Notes: generated by a model not told the origin, from the letters alone. A DNA stretch of 64,000 nucleotides from an uncultured Actinomycetota bacterium (GCA_963828605.1 CAWHER010000001.1:152204-216203), one strand, 5' to 3'; positions 41,567 through 52,460 are shown, counted from the stretch's first letter. Translations and numbers: made by a program.

Positions 41567-41582
41567 TTTTGTCTTCCGGATG

Positions 41583-41635
41583 TTGACGCGGTATGGACAG
41601 GCTGCGTAATCTCGCCCGCACCCTGAAACGTTTTC
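41583..41635 (+). promoter_or_regulatory. Housekeeping-sigma promoter followed by a LacI-type operator
   Basis: TTGACG-N18-TAATCT, then tgaaacgttttc (palindromic core aaacgttt, 41626-41633). Confidence 0.55.
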
Positions 41636-41733
41636 GCGCGACGGGTCACAAGCTTTCGCGGCGACGGCGCCCCGTCGCCGCTTGCGCGTGCGCACATGAG
41701 GTTGACACTCCGGCAGTGAGGTGACGGATCGTA

Positions 41734-43566
41734 ATGGACAGTTTCGACGACCCCGGCGACGGATCCAACCGTTCTGGTGTCCAGCGCAGGCAGGTACTGA
41801 AGGCCGGATTCTCCCTCGGCGTAGGCGCAGTGAGCATCGCCGGGCTGTCCGCGTGCTCCAGCAGCGGGAAGAGCTTCACCGGCGCGGGAAACAAGGGCGG
41901 CAACACGGCCCCGCAGGGAAACGGCGGCGGCATCTCCCCGACGCCGCGCCACGAGACGGTCATCGTCGACCAGAGCGAGTTCACCGTCTTTGATCAGTTC
42001 AATCCGTTCATCCCCAACGGCGAGACCTACCAGGGCGGCCTGGGCCAGGTCGTGAAGGAGTACCTGTGGTACTTCAACATGGCGACCGGCGAGATCAAGC
42101 CGTGGCTGGCGGAGAAGTACACCTACGCCAACGACTTCCGCGAGTTCACGATCAAGCTGAACCCGAAGGCGCACTGGAACGACGGCAAGCCCTTCACGTC
42201 GCGCGACGTGAAGTTCACCATGATGATGATCAAGGGCAACAAGGCACTTCTCGGCGGGGGCCCGGCCACCGACGAGGCCGCGTCGATCGACACCCCGGAT
42301 GCCCAGACCATCGTCATCAAGCTCAACACCCGTGACCCCCGCTACCACTACAACTTCATCTGCGGCATCGTGAGCGCTGCGTTCCCGGTGGTGCCCGAGC
42401 ATGTCTGGTCCAAGCATGACCCGACGAAGTTCGCGAACAAGCCGCCGGTCTACACCGGCCCCTACAAGCTCCAGCGGGCCATTCCCGACCACAAGATGTT
42501 CGTCTGGGAGAAGGACCCCAACTACTGGAACAAGGCGGAGATGGACCCCGCGCCGAAATACGTGGTCTACCGCACCGCTCCGTCCGCCGACGCCGACATC
42601 CAGCAGTTCAAGCAGGGCCAGACCGACGTCGCCGGCGCGGCGGGCGCCTATCAACTCGTCGACGCGGCCATCAAGAGCGGCTACAAGAACGCGATGATCA
42701 CGAAGATGGTCGACCCGTGCGAGCGGGCGATCTACGTCAACTGCGACAAGTCTCGCGGAATTCTCGCCGACCCGAGGATGCGATCGGTCATCTCGGCCAT
42801 GGTGGACCGGAAGAAGATCGGCACCAGCATCTGGCCGGTCGACGTCCCTGCCGCGGTTTACCCGTGGCCGGACTACCCGAACAACAAGAAATGGGAGGTC
42901 CCGTCGGTCGCCGCCAACTACGACCTGAGCTACAACCCCGGCCGGGCGGCGAAGCTGCTGGACCAGATGGGCACAAAGGTCGGCTCCAACGGCATGCGGA
43001 CGTACCAGGGCAAGCCGCTCAGCTACGAGATCATCACCCCGGTCACCACCTCGGACCCGGAGTACTTCATCGCGCAGCTGCTCGCCGCCGACCTGAAGAA
43101 GGTCGGCATCGACGCGAGCGCCAAGACGCTGTCCGGCTCGGTATACAGCGAGCGCGTCGACAAGGGCCAGTACGACATCCGCTCGGAATGGCTCTGCGGC
43201 GAGGTCTACGACCCCTGGGAGCTCTACAACCAGTACAAGAGCGCCTACTACGTCCCGGTCGGCAAGGTCGCCACCAAGGGGGACAACATTCGACTGAAGG
43301 ACCCCGCCCTCGACCAGGATGTCGCCAAGCTGGGCACCTTGGACCCGACGGACCCGAAGGCGAAGCCAGTCTTCACCACGGCGCTCAACGACTGGTACAA
43401 GGCGATGCCGTCCATCCCGTCGGTCCAGACGACCTACACCCACCAGTTCAACACCTCGTACTGGAAGGGCTGGCCCTCGGACGACAACCTCTACATGGTG
43501 CCCAACAACTGGTGGGGCCAGTTCCTCTTCGTCATCGGTAGCCTCAAGGCAACCGGGAGGACGTGA
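41734..43566 (+). CDS. Family 5 ABC substrate-binding lipoprotein with Tat signal (oligosaccharide/oligopeptide)
   Basis: QRRQVLK twin-Arg, LSAC lipobox, PWLAE, W.DG.PFTS.DV.FT, PVYTGPY, YW.GWPS..N.Y. Confidence 0.88.
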   Translation: MDSFDDPGDGSNRSGVQRRQVLKAGFSLGVGAVSIAGLSACSSSGKSFTGAGNKGGNTAPQGNGGGISPTPRHETVIVDQSEFTVFDQFNPFIPNGETYQGGLGQVVKEYLWYFNMATGEIKPWLAEKYTYANDFREFTIKLNPKAHWNDGKPFTSRDVKFTMMMIKGNKALLGGGPATDEAASIDTPDAQTIVIKLNTRDPRYHYNFICGIVSAAFPVVPEHVWSKHDPTKFANKPPVYTGPYKLQRAIPDHKMFVWEKDPNYWNKAEMDPAPKYVVYRTAPSADADIQQFKQGQTDVAGAAGAYQLVDAAIKSGYKNAMITKMVDPCERAIYVNCDKSRGILADPRMRSVISAMVDRKKIGTSIWPVDVPAAVYPWPDYPNNKKWEVPSVAANYDLSYNPGRAAKLLDQMGTKVGSNGMRTYQGKPLSYEIITPVTTSDPEYFIAQLLAADLKKVGIDASAKTLSGSVYSERVDKGQYDIRSEWLCGEVYDPWELYNQYKSAYYVPVGKVATKGDNIRLKDPALDQDVAKLGTLDPTDPKAKPVFTTALNDWYKAMPSIPSVQTTYTHQFNTSYWKGWPSDDNLYMVPNNWWGQFLFVIGSLKATGRT

Positions 43567-43567
43567 G

Positions 43568-44677
43568 GTGGTTTCCGAGCCCATCGTCGACATCGAAGCT
43601 GTCGGGGCGGCGACCACCGAGACACCGGAGATCCTGGTCCAGGGAGGGGTGCGCGGCTGGCTGGCCGCGCACCCCACCCTGGCCTACGCGCTCCGCCGGT
43701 TTGCGTTGTACATCTTCACGCTGTGGGCCGCGGTCTCGGCCACGTTCGTCTTCTTCCGGCTCATCCCCGGCGACCCGATCGGGGCGTTCATCCAGAACCT
43801 GCAGCAGAACCACATCTACAACGTGCACGCAGGTCAGGCCGTCGTCGACCACTACCGCAAGGTGTTCGGCCTGAACGGAAGCCTGCTGCAGCAGTACTGG
43901 CACTACATGTACCAACTCGTGGTCGCCCACGACCTCGGCCCGTCGCTGATCAACTATCCCGACCATGCCCAGAACGTGATCGGCCGCGCGCTGCCATGGA
44001 CGATCGGGCTTCTCCTGGTGGCCTCGATCATCGCGTGGGTGCTCGGAGTGGTCCTCGGCGCGTTGGCCGGCTGGCGGCGCGAGAGCAAGGTCTCCGAACT
44101 TGCGACGTACGTGTCCGTTGCGGTGTCGCACATCCCGTTCTTCTTCGTCGGCCTGATCCTGCTGTTCTTCCTGTCCTTCCGGCTCGGCCTCCTGCCCTCC
44201 GGCTACGCCTACGACGCGAACATCGCGGCCGGGTTCAGCCCACGGTTCATCGGGAGCGTGCTGGAACACGCAATCCTGCCCGCGATATCGATCGTGTTGG
44301 TCGGCGCGATGGGAAATCTGCTCGGCATGCGCCAGCAGATGATCACGGTGCTCGGGGAGGACTACCTCAACTTCGCCCAGGCGAAGGGGCTGCGACCCTG
44401 GCACATCCTGCGCCGGTACGCGATGCCGAACTGCTATCTGCCCCAGGTCACCGGGCTGCTGATCTCCTTCGGCTTCATCTTCAACGGCAACGTGCTGATC
44501 GAGCAGCTCTTCAACTACCCCGGGGTGGGCCACCTGCTCGTGGCGGCCATCGGCCAGCTCGACTACAACACGGTCCTGGGTATCACCAACATGTCGATCT
44601 TCATGGTGCTCACCGCGGTCTTCCTTGTCGACCTGCTGCTACCGGTGCTTGATCCGCGGATCAAGTACCAGAAGTGA
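43568..44677 (+). CDS. ABC permease, OppB/DppB-like
   Basis: RLIPGDP, ALPWT.GL, EDY..FA.AKGL, E..FNYPG.G, DPRI. Confidence 0.9.
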   Translation: MVSEPIVDIEAVGAATTETPEILVQGGVRGWLAAHPTLAYALRRFALYIFTLWAAVSATFVFFRLIPGDPIGAFIQNLQQNHIYNVHAGQAVVDHYRKVFGLNGSLLQQYWHYMYQLVVAHDLGPSLINYPDHAQNVIGRALPWTIGLLLVASIIAWVLGVVLGALAGWRRESKVSELATYVSVAVSHIPFFFVGLILLFFLSFRLGLLPSGYAYDANIAAGFSPRFIGSVLEHAILPAISIVLVGAMGNLLGMRQQMITVLGEDYLNFAQAKGLRPWHILRRYAMPNCYLPQVTGLLISFGFIFNGNVLIEQLFNYPGVGHLLVAAIGQLDYNTVLGITNMSIFMVLTAVFLVDLLLPVLDPRIKYQK

Positions 44678-45564
44678 AGGGCCTGCCCATGGGGCGTCTC
44701 AGAGGTTTCGGCACGATCCTTCGGCGCAACCGGAAGCTGTCGATCGGACTGGTGCTGCTGCTCCTGGTCGTGGTCTTCGGTGCCTTGCATGGGCCGATCG
44801 TCAGCATGTTGGGCGGCGGCCAGGACCCGATGGCGATCGGCTTCGCGGGGCGCTGGATGACCCCGAGCGCCGACCACCCGCTCGGCACCGATGCGGTGGG
44901 CCGTGATGTGTTGGCGTTGACGGTGACCGGGCTGTGGACGTCGCTGAAGATCGGCGCGCTGGCCGGGGTGCTGTCCACGATCATCGGAGTGATCATCGCC
45001 TTCTTCGCGGCGTACAAGGGCGGCTGGCTCGATTCCGTCCTGGCGTCGGTGACCGACCTGTTCCTGGTCATCCCGACCTTCCCGCTGCTGATCGCCTTCT
45101 CCGGCTTCGCGAAGAAGGTCAGTCTGTTGGAGATCGGGATCATCCTGGCCGTCTTCAGCTGGGCCGGTGCGGCCCGCGCGATCCGGTCACAGGTGCTGAG
45201 CCTGCGCAGCCGTCCCTACATCGACCTGGCCAAGGTCACGAAGGCCCGGGACATGGAGGTGATCGTCTTCGAGCTGCTGCCGAACATGCTCCCCTACATC
45301 GCCCTCGGCCTGGCACTGGCGGCGATCGGCTCGATCTTCGGCCTGGTCGGCCTGGAGATCATCGGGCTCGGCCCCAGCGGTCTCGTCGACCTCGGACTGC
45401 TCATCAACACCGCGGTGACGAGCGGGGCGCTGAGCCTCGGCGCCTGGCCGATCTTCGTGGCTCCGATCCTGCTCATCACTATCCTGTTCTTCGCTCTGAA
45501 CCTGATCAACGTCGGGCTCGACGAGGCCTACAACCCCCGTCTGCGGAAGGTCGCCGGTGTTTGA
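44674..45564 (+). CDS. ABC permease, OppC/DppC-like
   Basis: PS.DHPLGTD..GRD, WA..AR.IRSQ.LSL, NPRLR. Confidence 0.9.
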   Translation: MKGLPMGRLRGFGTILRRNRKLSIGLVLLLLVVVFGALHGPIVSMLGGGQDPMAIGFAGRWMTPSADHPLGTDAVGRDVLALTVTGLWTSLKIGALAGVLSTIIGVIIAFFAAYKGGWLDSVLASVTDLFLVIPTFPLLIAFSGFAKKVSLLEIGIILAVFSWAGAARAIRSQVLSLRSRPYIDLAKVTKARDMEVIVFELLPNMLPYIALGLALAAIGSIFGLVGLEIIGLGPSGLVDLGLLINTAVTSGALSLGAWPIFVAPILLITILFFALNLINVGLDEAYNPRLRKVAGV

Positions 45565-46411
45565 GACATCCCCCGTTCTGGAGATCCGGGACCTCGTCGT
45601 CCACTACCGGACGACCCGAGGCGAGGTCGCGGCCGTGGACGGTGTGGACCTGACCATCAACCGGGGCGAGATCCTCGGCATCGCCGGCGAGTCCGGCTGC
45701 GGGAAGAGCACGATGGCCGTCGCCATCCTCGGGCTGATCCGTGCGCCGGGCTACATCGTCCGGGGCGAGGTGATCTTCCATCCCGACGGCGGCGAACCGG
45801 TCGACCTGCTGAAGCTGCCCGAGCGGGAGCTGCGGGCGGTCCGCTGGGGCAAGCTGTCCTACCTCCCGCAGGCCTCGATGAACTCCCTCAACCCCGTGGC
45901 CCGAGTCCGGGACCAGTTCATGGACGTGATGCGCGAGCACGGCGAGACCGACAACGCGCAGATGCGGGACCGGATCGTCGAACTGCTCGGCGAGGTCGGG
46001 TTGGAGCCGGCCGTGGCGGAGATGTATCCGCATGAGCTGTCCGGCGGCATGCGGCAACGGACGTTGATGGCGATGGCGGTGTCGCTGAGCCCCGATCTGG
46101 TGATCGCCGACGAGCCGACGACCGCCCTCGACGTCACCATCCAGCGGGTGATCATCCAGAACCTCGCCGACCTGTCCGCCCGGCACGGCGTGACGTTGCT
46201 CGTCATCACCCACGACATGGGCGTGCACGCGCAGCTCGACGACCGGGTCGCGGTGATGTACGACGGCAAGGTGGTGGAGGTCGGGGAGGTACGGCAGGTG
46301 TTCAAGGAACCGGCGCACGACTACACGCGCGGCCTGATCGGGTCGATCCCGACCCTCGAGGTGCGCCAGCAGCCGACACCGGCCGGCCAGATCGAGGTGG
46401 TGACCCAATGA
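45557..46411 (+). CDS. ABC ATP-binding protein, OppD-like
   Basis: GESGCGKST, YPHELSGGMRQR, ADEPTTALDV. Confidence 0.92.
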   Translation: MFETSPVLEIRDLVVHYRTTRGEVAAVDGVDLTINRGEILGIAGESGCGKSTMAVAILGLIRAPGYIVRGEVIFHPDGGEPVDLLKLPERELRAVRWGKLSYLPQASMNSLNPVARVRDQFMDVMREHGETDNAQMRDRIVELLGEVGLEPAVAEMYPHELSGGMRQRTLMAMAVSLSPDLVIADEPTTALDVTIQRVIIQNLADLSARHGVTLLVITHDMGVHAQLDDRVAVMYDGKVVEVGEVRQVFKEPAHDYTRGLIGSIPTLEVRQQPTPAGQIEVVTQ

Positions 46412-47319
46412 GCGGGGACGCGGCGCCCAAGAAGATCGCGGTCGAGAACGTCACCCAGCTCTTTCCGGGGCGGCTCGGCGTCAAGGTGCGGGCGGTGGAC
46501 AACGTCTCCTTCGCCCTGTCCTCGGAGCCGGCGACCATCAGCAGCCTGGTCGGGGCGAGCGGCAGCGGCAAGAGCACGCTGGCCAGAATGATCCTCGGCC
46601 TGCGACGGCCGACGTCCGGGCGGGTGACCTACTGCGGCAAGGACATCTTCAAGCTCTCCCGCCGCGAGCGTGACCAGTTCCGGCGCGACGTGCAGCCGGT
46701 GTTCCAGGACCCGTACTCGATTTTCAATCCCTACTACCGGGTCGATCGGGTGCTGTGGAAGGCGATCAAGAAGTTCCACCTCGCCGACGGTAAGTCCGAC
46801 GCCGAGGCGATGATCGAGCGGTCCCTGACGGCGGTCCGGCTGAGGCCGGGCGACGTCCTGGGCCGCTATGCCCACCAGCTGTCCGGCGGCCAGCGCCAGC
46901 GGCTGATGCTGGCCCGGCTGCACATGTTGCAGCCGTCGTTCGTCATCGCCGACGAGCCGGTGTCGATGCTCGATGCCCAGGTGCGCAAGCACTTCCTCGA
47001 CATCATGGTCGAGTTCCAGCAGACCTACGGCATGACGACGCTCTTCATCACCCATGACCTCTCGACCGTCGCCTACGTCGGCGGCGACATGACGACGATC
47101 TTCAAGGGCCGGCTCGTCGAGCACGGCCCGGTCGCGCAGGTGATGACCCGACCCAGCCACGCCTACACCAAGCTGCTGCTCGCCTCGGTGCCGCCGCCGG
47201 ATCCCGACCAGCGGTGGACCGATCGGATCGACCTGTCCACCGGGGAACCGCGCGTGGTGCCCGCGGAGGCTCCTCCGCCCACCGTTCCGGGGGACGAGGA
47301 GCGCGCTCGCGTGCGGTAA
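46408..47319 (+). CDS. ABC ATP-binding protein, OppF-like
   Basis: GASGSGKST, HQLSGGQRQR, ADEPVSMLD, P.H.YT..LL. Confidence 0.92.
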   Translation: MSGDAAPKKIAVENVTQLFPGRLGVKVRAVDNVSFALSSEPATISSLVGASGSGKSTLARMILGLRRPTSGRVTYCGKDIFKLSRRERDQFRRDVQPVFQDPYSIFNPYYRVDRVLWKAIKKFHLADGKSDAEAMIERSLTAVRLRPGDVLGRYAHQLSGGQRQRLMLARLHMLQPSFVIADEPVSMLDAQVRKHFLDIMVEFQQTYGMTTLFITHDLSTVAYVGGDMTTIFKGRLVEHGPVAQVMTRPSHAYTKLLLASVPPPDPDQRWTDRIDLSTGEPRVVPAEAPPPTVPGDEERARVR

Positions 47320-47331
47320 CGGAGCCGGGTC

Positions 47332-48225
47332 TCACCCGAAGAACTCCAGCAGGCTGCGGTTCAACGGTGCCGGGTCCACGCCCGGGATCGAGTGGTGCGA
47401 GGCGCCGGGCAGCGTTGCGGTGACCACATCCGGCAGGAGGCGCTCCGCGTTGGCGGCCACCTTGTCGACGTCATGGGTCCTGCTCCGCCCGGCCAGCAGG
47501 ACCAGCGTGGGCACCGTCGACGCTTGCAGCAGCTCGGCCGGAGGCCGCCGCGCGATGACGACCTTGGAGCGCGGGAAGTCGGCCGCCCCGAGTGCCGCGA
47601 GGGTCAGCCAGGCCGGATCGACGGGCAGACCGCCGGTCTCCCACCGGACGAACGATCGCTCCCGCGCGGCGGTCGGCCGCAGCACCAGGGGCAGCGCGCG
47701 CAGGAGGTATCGGCGGCTGGTCGCGGCGAAGCACTGGTTGGGGTCGAGCAGCGCCAGCCGGTCCACCCGGCCCCGGGAGTGCAGGGCGAAGTTGAGCGCG
47801 ATCCACCCGCCGTAGGAGTGGCCGCAGAGGTGGGCCCGATCGATGCCGAGCTGATCGAAGAGCCCGCAGAGCCAGTGCATCAGGTCCGCGAGCCGGCGGA
47901 TCGGCCGGCCGTCGTGGACGCTGCGGCCGACGTCCCCGATCGTGTCGACGGCGTAGATCCGGTACGACCGGCTCAGGTCGGCGACGTTGCCGAACCAGAC
48001 GGTCGACGTCGCGCCGGCTCCGGAGAGCAGGACCAGCGGCGTCCCGTCCGCCGGGCCGCAGACCTGGACATGGGTTGTGCCGTACGGCGACGGCAGATCG
48101 ATCGGGTCCACCGGGACCGGCCAGCGCGCCAGTACGGCGTCGTAGGCAGCGAAGAACTCGGCCCCGTCCGGTGTGGCGGGAAAGGCGCGTTGCGCGGCCG
48201 GACTCGGTGGCGTGTCGTGGACCAT
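47332..48225 (-). CDS. Alpha/beta hydrolase (carboxylesterase)
   Basis: YDAVL..WP, GTTHV, GHSYGG nucleophile. Confidence 0.85.
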   Translation of the reverse strand: MVHDTPPSPAAQRAFPATPDGAEFFAAYDAVLARWPVPVDPIDLPSPYGTTHVQVCGPADGTPLVLLSGAGATSTVWFGNVADLSRSYRIYAVDTIGDVGRSVHDGRPIRRLADLMHWLCGLFDQLGIDRAHLCGHSYGGWIALNFALHSRGRVDRLALLDPNQCFAATSRRYLLRALPLVLRPTAARERSFVRWETGGLPVDPAWLTLAALGAADFPRSKVVIARRPPAELLQASTVPTLVLLAGRSRTHDVDKVAANAERLLPDVVTATLPGASHHSIPGVDPAPLNRSLLEFFG

Positions 48226-48270
48226 GGTCTCCCCGTCTCGACGGCGGCGTATCATCACGACGATCGATAG

Positions 48271-48285
48271 TCTCGATGATCGAGA
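48271..48285. promoter_or_regulatory. Probable MarR operator
   Basis: Perfect 7-1-7 inverted repeat tctcgat-g-atcgaga between the divergent hydrolase and MarR genes. Confidence 0.6.
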
Positions 48286-48312
48286 TATTAGCGCAGGAAT
48301 GAGGAGAACGCC

Positions 48313-48798
48313 GTGGTGGACCCCCGGGACCCGGAGCAGAACCCGGTGGCGACGGGGCTGGTCCACCTGTTGCGCGGTCTCACGGTCGAGCTCGACCAGT
48401 TCGGTGCCGAGTTCGCCCGGCTGCACCACCTGCACCCCACCGACCTTCGGGCGCTGATCCACCTGCTCGACGCGGGCCGCTCCGGTGTCGCCGCGACGCC
48501 GGGTCGGCTCGGCGAGCAGCTCGGCCTGAACTCGGCCTCGGTCACCGCCCTCGTCGACCGGCTGGAGGGCTTCGGCCACGTCCGCCGGGTGCGGGACACC
48601 GGCGACCGGCGCCGGGTGTTCCTCGTCGTGGAGGATCAGGCCGTCACCCTGGGCTGGTCATTCTTCGGCCCGCTCATCACGGCGATGGTCGACGCGATGG
48701 GGTCCTTCGGCGAGGCCGAACTCGAGACGGTGCGTCGCTTCCTGATCAGCATGACCGAGGTGGTCGCCACCGTCCGCGCGGGCGACGGACCGAACTGA
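48313..48798 (+). CDS. MarR family transcriptional regulator
   Basis: LHPTDLRAL, TPG.L...L.L.S..VT..VDRLE..G.V.R..D..DRR. Confidence 0.92.
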   Translation: MVDPRDPEQNPVATGLVHLLRGLTVELDQFGAEFARLHHLHPTDLRALIHLLDAGRSGVAATPGRLGEQLGLNSASVTALVDRLEGFGHVRRVRDTGDRRRVFLVVEDQAVTLGWSFFGPLITAMVDAMGSFGEAELETVRRFLISMTEVVATVRAGDGPN

Positions 48799-49004
48799 GC
48801 CAAACGGCAAGAACGCGGACCAGTCACAGGCACCTATGTGTCAAGGACGCCAAATTGGGTAAGCGCTCGCCCGCTGCCCGCCTGAATGGTCAAGTCCCTG
48901 AAGCAGGCAGGTCGCTCAAGATGCCGGCGCGCGGACAAGTGGGCATACTTCGCGGTCGCGGGCGTGACCACGCTCGCAGATCGCCCGCGACGGAAGGAGC
49001 GTTC

Positions 49005-50336
49005 ATGACGACCAACCTCGAGTCCGGTACACACGACGCCCCCGCGGGGCGCACCCGATGGACGCGACTCATTCCGATCGCGATCGTCGTCTACATCATT
49101 TCCTTCATGGACCGCACGAACATCGGTTTCGCATTCGACGGAATCGGTCACGACCTGCATGTTTCCGCGTCGGCCGAAGGGCTCGCGGGAGGCATCTTCT
49201 TCATCGGCTACCTGGTGATGCAACTGCCCGGCGGACATCTCGCCGAGCATTGGTCAGCGAAGAAGTTCGTCGGAATCATGATCCTGATCTGGGGAGTTTT
49301 CGCAGTGCTCTCCGGACTGGTGCAGAACTACACCGAATTACTCGTGGTCCGATTCCTGCTCGGCGTCGCCGAGGGCGGAATTTGGCCGGCAATCCTGGTG
49401 CTGATCAGCCACTGGTTCCCGGCCCGCGAGCGGGCCCGCGCCTACGCGTTCTGGATCATGAACATCGCAATCGCCTCGATCATCACCGCACCGCTGTCCG
49501 GCTGGATCCTGTCCTGGGGCGACTGGCGCGCTCTGTTCATCATCGAGGGCATCTTCCCGTTCTTCGTCGCGGCGCCGTTGTGGTACTGGCTCGCCGCGGA
49601 CCGGCCGGATGACGCCCCGTGGTGCAGCCGCGGGGAACGCGACTACATCGAGCAGTCCCTCGCCGCGGACAACGCCGACCAGCCGACGCACGCCGGCTAC
49701 CGCGACATCGTCCGCAGCAGCGTGGTCTGGAAGCTCGTCGGTGTCTACTTCCTCATCCAGATCGGCTTCTACGGCCTCAACCTCTGGCTGCCGCACGAGG
49801 TCGAGCAGGTCACCGGAGGGGGATCGGTGGCCGTCGGGTTCCTGACCGCCGTGCCCTACGTCTTCGCGATCGTCGGGCTGTGGATCAACGGTCGGGCCGC
49901 CGACCGCAACGGGCGGTACCGGCGGCACGTGTTCGTCTCGATGGTGGTCGGCTCCGTCGCGCTCGTGCTCTCGGTGGGCGTCGGGAGCATCGCCGTGCTG
50001 TCCGTGCTGCTGCTGAGCTTGGCCATGATGGGAGCCCTCGCCTACGACGGCCCGTTCTGGGCGAGTGCGTCCCGCGCCGTCCCGGCCGCGCTGGCCGGTG
50101 GGGCGATGGGCCTGATCAATGCGCTGGGCAACCTCGGCGGCTTCGCCGGCCCGTACCTCGGCGGCTGGTTGCAGGATCAGACCGGCGGCAGCTTCCTCGC
50201 GACGTCCCTGGTGCTCGCCGTCGCGCTCTTCCTCGCCGGGCTCGTCATGCTCTGGGTGGGGCGCAGCGGAGACCGGGACGGCGGGGTCGTCGGTGCGGCC
50301 GCCGAGCACGAGGATGCCGCGGTGAGCAACCGTTAG
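49005..50336 (+). CDS. MFS transporter, anion:cation symporter (ACS) type
   Basis: SFMDRTNIGFA, GIFFIGY...Q.P, RFLLG.AEG, WFP..ERARA, G.IN..GNLGGF.GP; aaggag RBS. Confidence 0.9.
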   Translation: MTTNLESGTHDAPAGRTRWTRLIPIAIVVYIISFMDRTNIGFAFDGIGHDLHVSASAEGLAGGIFFIGYLVMQLPGGHLAEHWSAKKFVGIMILIWGVFAVLSGLVQNYTELLVVRFLLGVAEGGIWPAILVLISHWFPARERARAYAFWIMNIAIASIITAPLSGWILSWGDWRALFIIEGIFPFFVAAPLWYWLAADRPDDAPWCSRGERDYIEQSLAADNADQPTHAGYRDIVRSSVVWKLVGVYFLIQIGFYGLNLWLPHEVEQVTGGGSVAVGFLTAVPYVFAIVGLWINGRAADRNGRYRRHVFVSMVVGSVALVLSVGVGSIAVLSVLLLSLAMMGALAYDGPFWASASRAVPAALAGGAMGLINALGNLGGFAGPYLGGWLQDQTGGSFLATSLVLAVALFLAGLVMLWVGRSGDRDGGVVGAAAEHEDAAVSNR

Positions 50337-52460
50337 GTCGGGACGCTCGCCACTCCGGGCCGCTGGAAACGCCTGCCGCGCACCCGTTCTGCGACGCCGG
50401 CCCGGTCGAGGTACGGCGTGATGCCGCCGAGGTGGAACGGCCAGCCTGCGCCGAGGATCAGGCAGAGGTCGATGTCGGCCGGGGCGACGACCACGCCCTC
50501 GTCGAGCATCAGGCCGACCTCCTCGGCGAGGGCGTCCAGCGCCCGGGTGCGCACCTGCTCGGCGGTGCTGGGCGTGTGTCCCTGCTCGAGGAGAGCAGCG
50601 ACCTCCGGGTCGACCGTGGGCACGCCGCCGTCCCAGACGTAGACGCCGCTCTTCCCGGCGGCGACCAGCCGGGTGAGGTTGTCGCTCACGGCGTAGCGGT
50701 CCGGGAATGCGTCGTGCAGCGTCGCGGCGACGTGCAGTGCAACGCGCGGCCCGACGAGGGCGAGCAGCACGAACGGCGTCATCGGCAGGCCGAGCGGGGT
50801 GAGCGCCTGGTCGGCGACCTCGATCGGGGTGCCCTCGTCGACGCTGGCGATCACCTCGCCCAGGAAGCGGGTCAGCAGCCGGTTGACCACGAACGCTGGA
50901 GCGTCGGCGACCAGCACGCACGACTTCTTCACCTCGCGCCCCACGGCCAGCGCCGTGGCGAGCGACGGGTCGTCGGTGGCCTCGGTGCGTACGACCTCGA
51001 TCAGCGGGAGGACCGCGACCGGGTTGAAGAAGTGCAGTCCGACCAGGCGCTCCGGGTGCTCGAGCCCGGCGCCCATCGCCGTGACCGACAGGCTCGAGGT
51101 GTTGGTCGCCAGCAGGCAGGTCGGGGACACGACGGCCTCGACCTCGGCGAACACCCGCCGCTTGACCTCGAGCTCCTCGAACACCGCCTCGATCACGAGG
51201 TCGGCGTCGGCGAAGGACGGCCGCAGGTCCGGGGATCCGCTGACCAGGGCCGTCAGCCGGGCGGCTTCCTCGGGCCGGATCCGGCCGCGCTCCCGGAGCT
51301 TGTCGATTTCGGCATGCACCGCGCCGACCCCGCGTCGACCCGCGCGGCGTCGACGTCGGTGAGCACGACCGGCACCCGCAGCCGCCGGACGAAGAGCAGC
51401 GCGAGCTGGCTGGCCATCAGCCCGGCGCCGACGATCCCGACCTTTGTCACCGGCCGGGCGAGCGACCGGTCCGGAGCGCCGGCCGGTCGTCGGGCCCGCT
51501 TCTGCACCAGGTCGAAGGAATAGCCGCCGGCCCGGAACTCCTCGCTCATGAGCAGGTCGGCCAGAGCGGCGTCCTCGGCCGCGAAGCCCTCGTCGAGGGT
51601 CGCCGTCCGGGCCGCGGCGATCAGGTCGAGCGCGCGGTACGGCGCGGGCGCGGCCCCGTGCACCCTGGCGTCGACGGTGCTCCGTCCGCGCCGGACGGCC
51701 TCGTCCCAGGCCGGCCCGCGATCGACGGCCGGTCGTTCGGCGGCCGGATCGGTCCGCAGGGTGTCGGCCGCCCACTCCAGCGACCGTTCCAGGAAGTCGG
51801 CCGGCGCGAAGAGCTCGTCGGCGATCCCGAGGTCGAGTGCCTGCGCGGGCCGCAGCATCCGGTTGTTCGCGAGCGCGTTGTCGATGATGACGCGCACCGC
51901 GCCGTCGGCCCCGATGAGGTTAGGGAGCAGCCAGCAGCCGCCCCAGCCGGGCACGATGCCGAGGAAGCACTCGGGGAAGGCGAGCGCGCCCGCCCCGGAC
52001 GAGAGCGTGCGGTGGTGACAGCGCGAGAGCGAGTTCGAGGCCGCCGCCGACCGCCACGCCGTTGACGAAGGCGAACGTCGGCACCGTGCTCTCGCGGAGG
52101 CGCCGGAAGACCCGGTGCCCGAGGCGGGCGACGGCCAGCGCCTGGTCGCGGCCGGTGATGCGGGCCGCCCCGGTGAGGTCGGCACCGGCGCAGAAGATGA
52201 ACGGGGTGCCGGTCACGCCGATCGCGGCCACGGCGGGGGAGTGCGCCTCGGCCTCGTCGAGCGCGGCCTCGAGCGCGGCCAGGCCGGCCGGGCCCGAACG
52301 TGGCGGGGCGGGTGTGGTCGTGGCCGTTGTCCAGCGTGATCAGCGCGAACGGCGCGGGAATCCCGGGCACGTCGAGGTAGCGGACCCGGGCCTCGGTGAC
52401 CACCTCGTCCGGCCAGGACCCGGCGAGGGAGGCCCCGGCGGTGGATGCCGTCGTCGTCAC
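50333..52460 (-). pseudogene. fadB: Fatty acid oxidation complex alpha subunit (enoyl-CoA hydratase/3-hydroxyacyl-CoA dehydrogenase), with three indels near 52292, 52020 and 51328, probably assembly errors
   Basis: Consecutive fragments in different frames: ITLDNG.D..RP.TFG / FCAGADL, GGGLEL / PE.FLG.VPGWGG, GAGLMA / IEAVFEE, NTSSLS, HFFNPV; no internal stops after repair. Confidence 0.85.
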
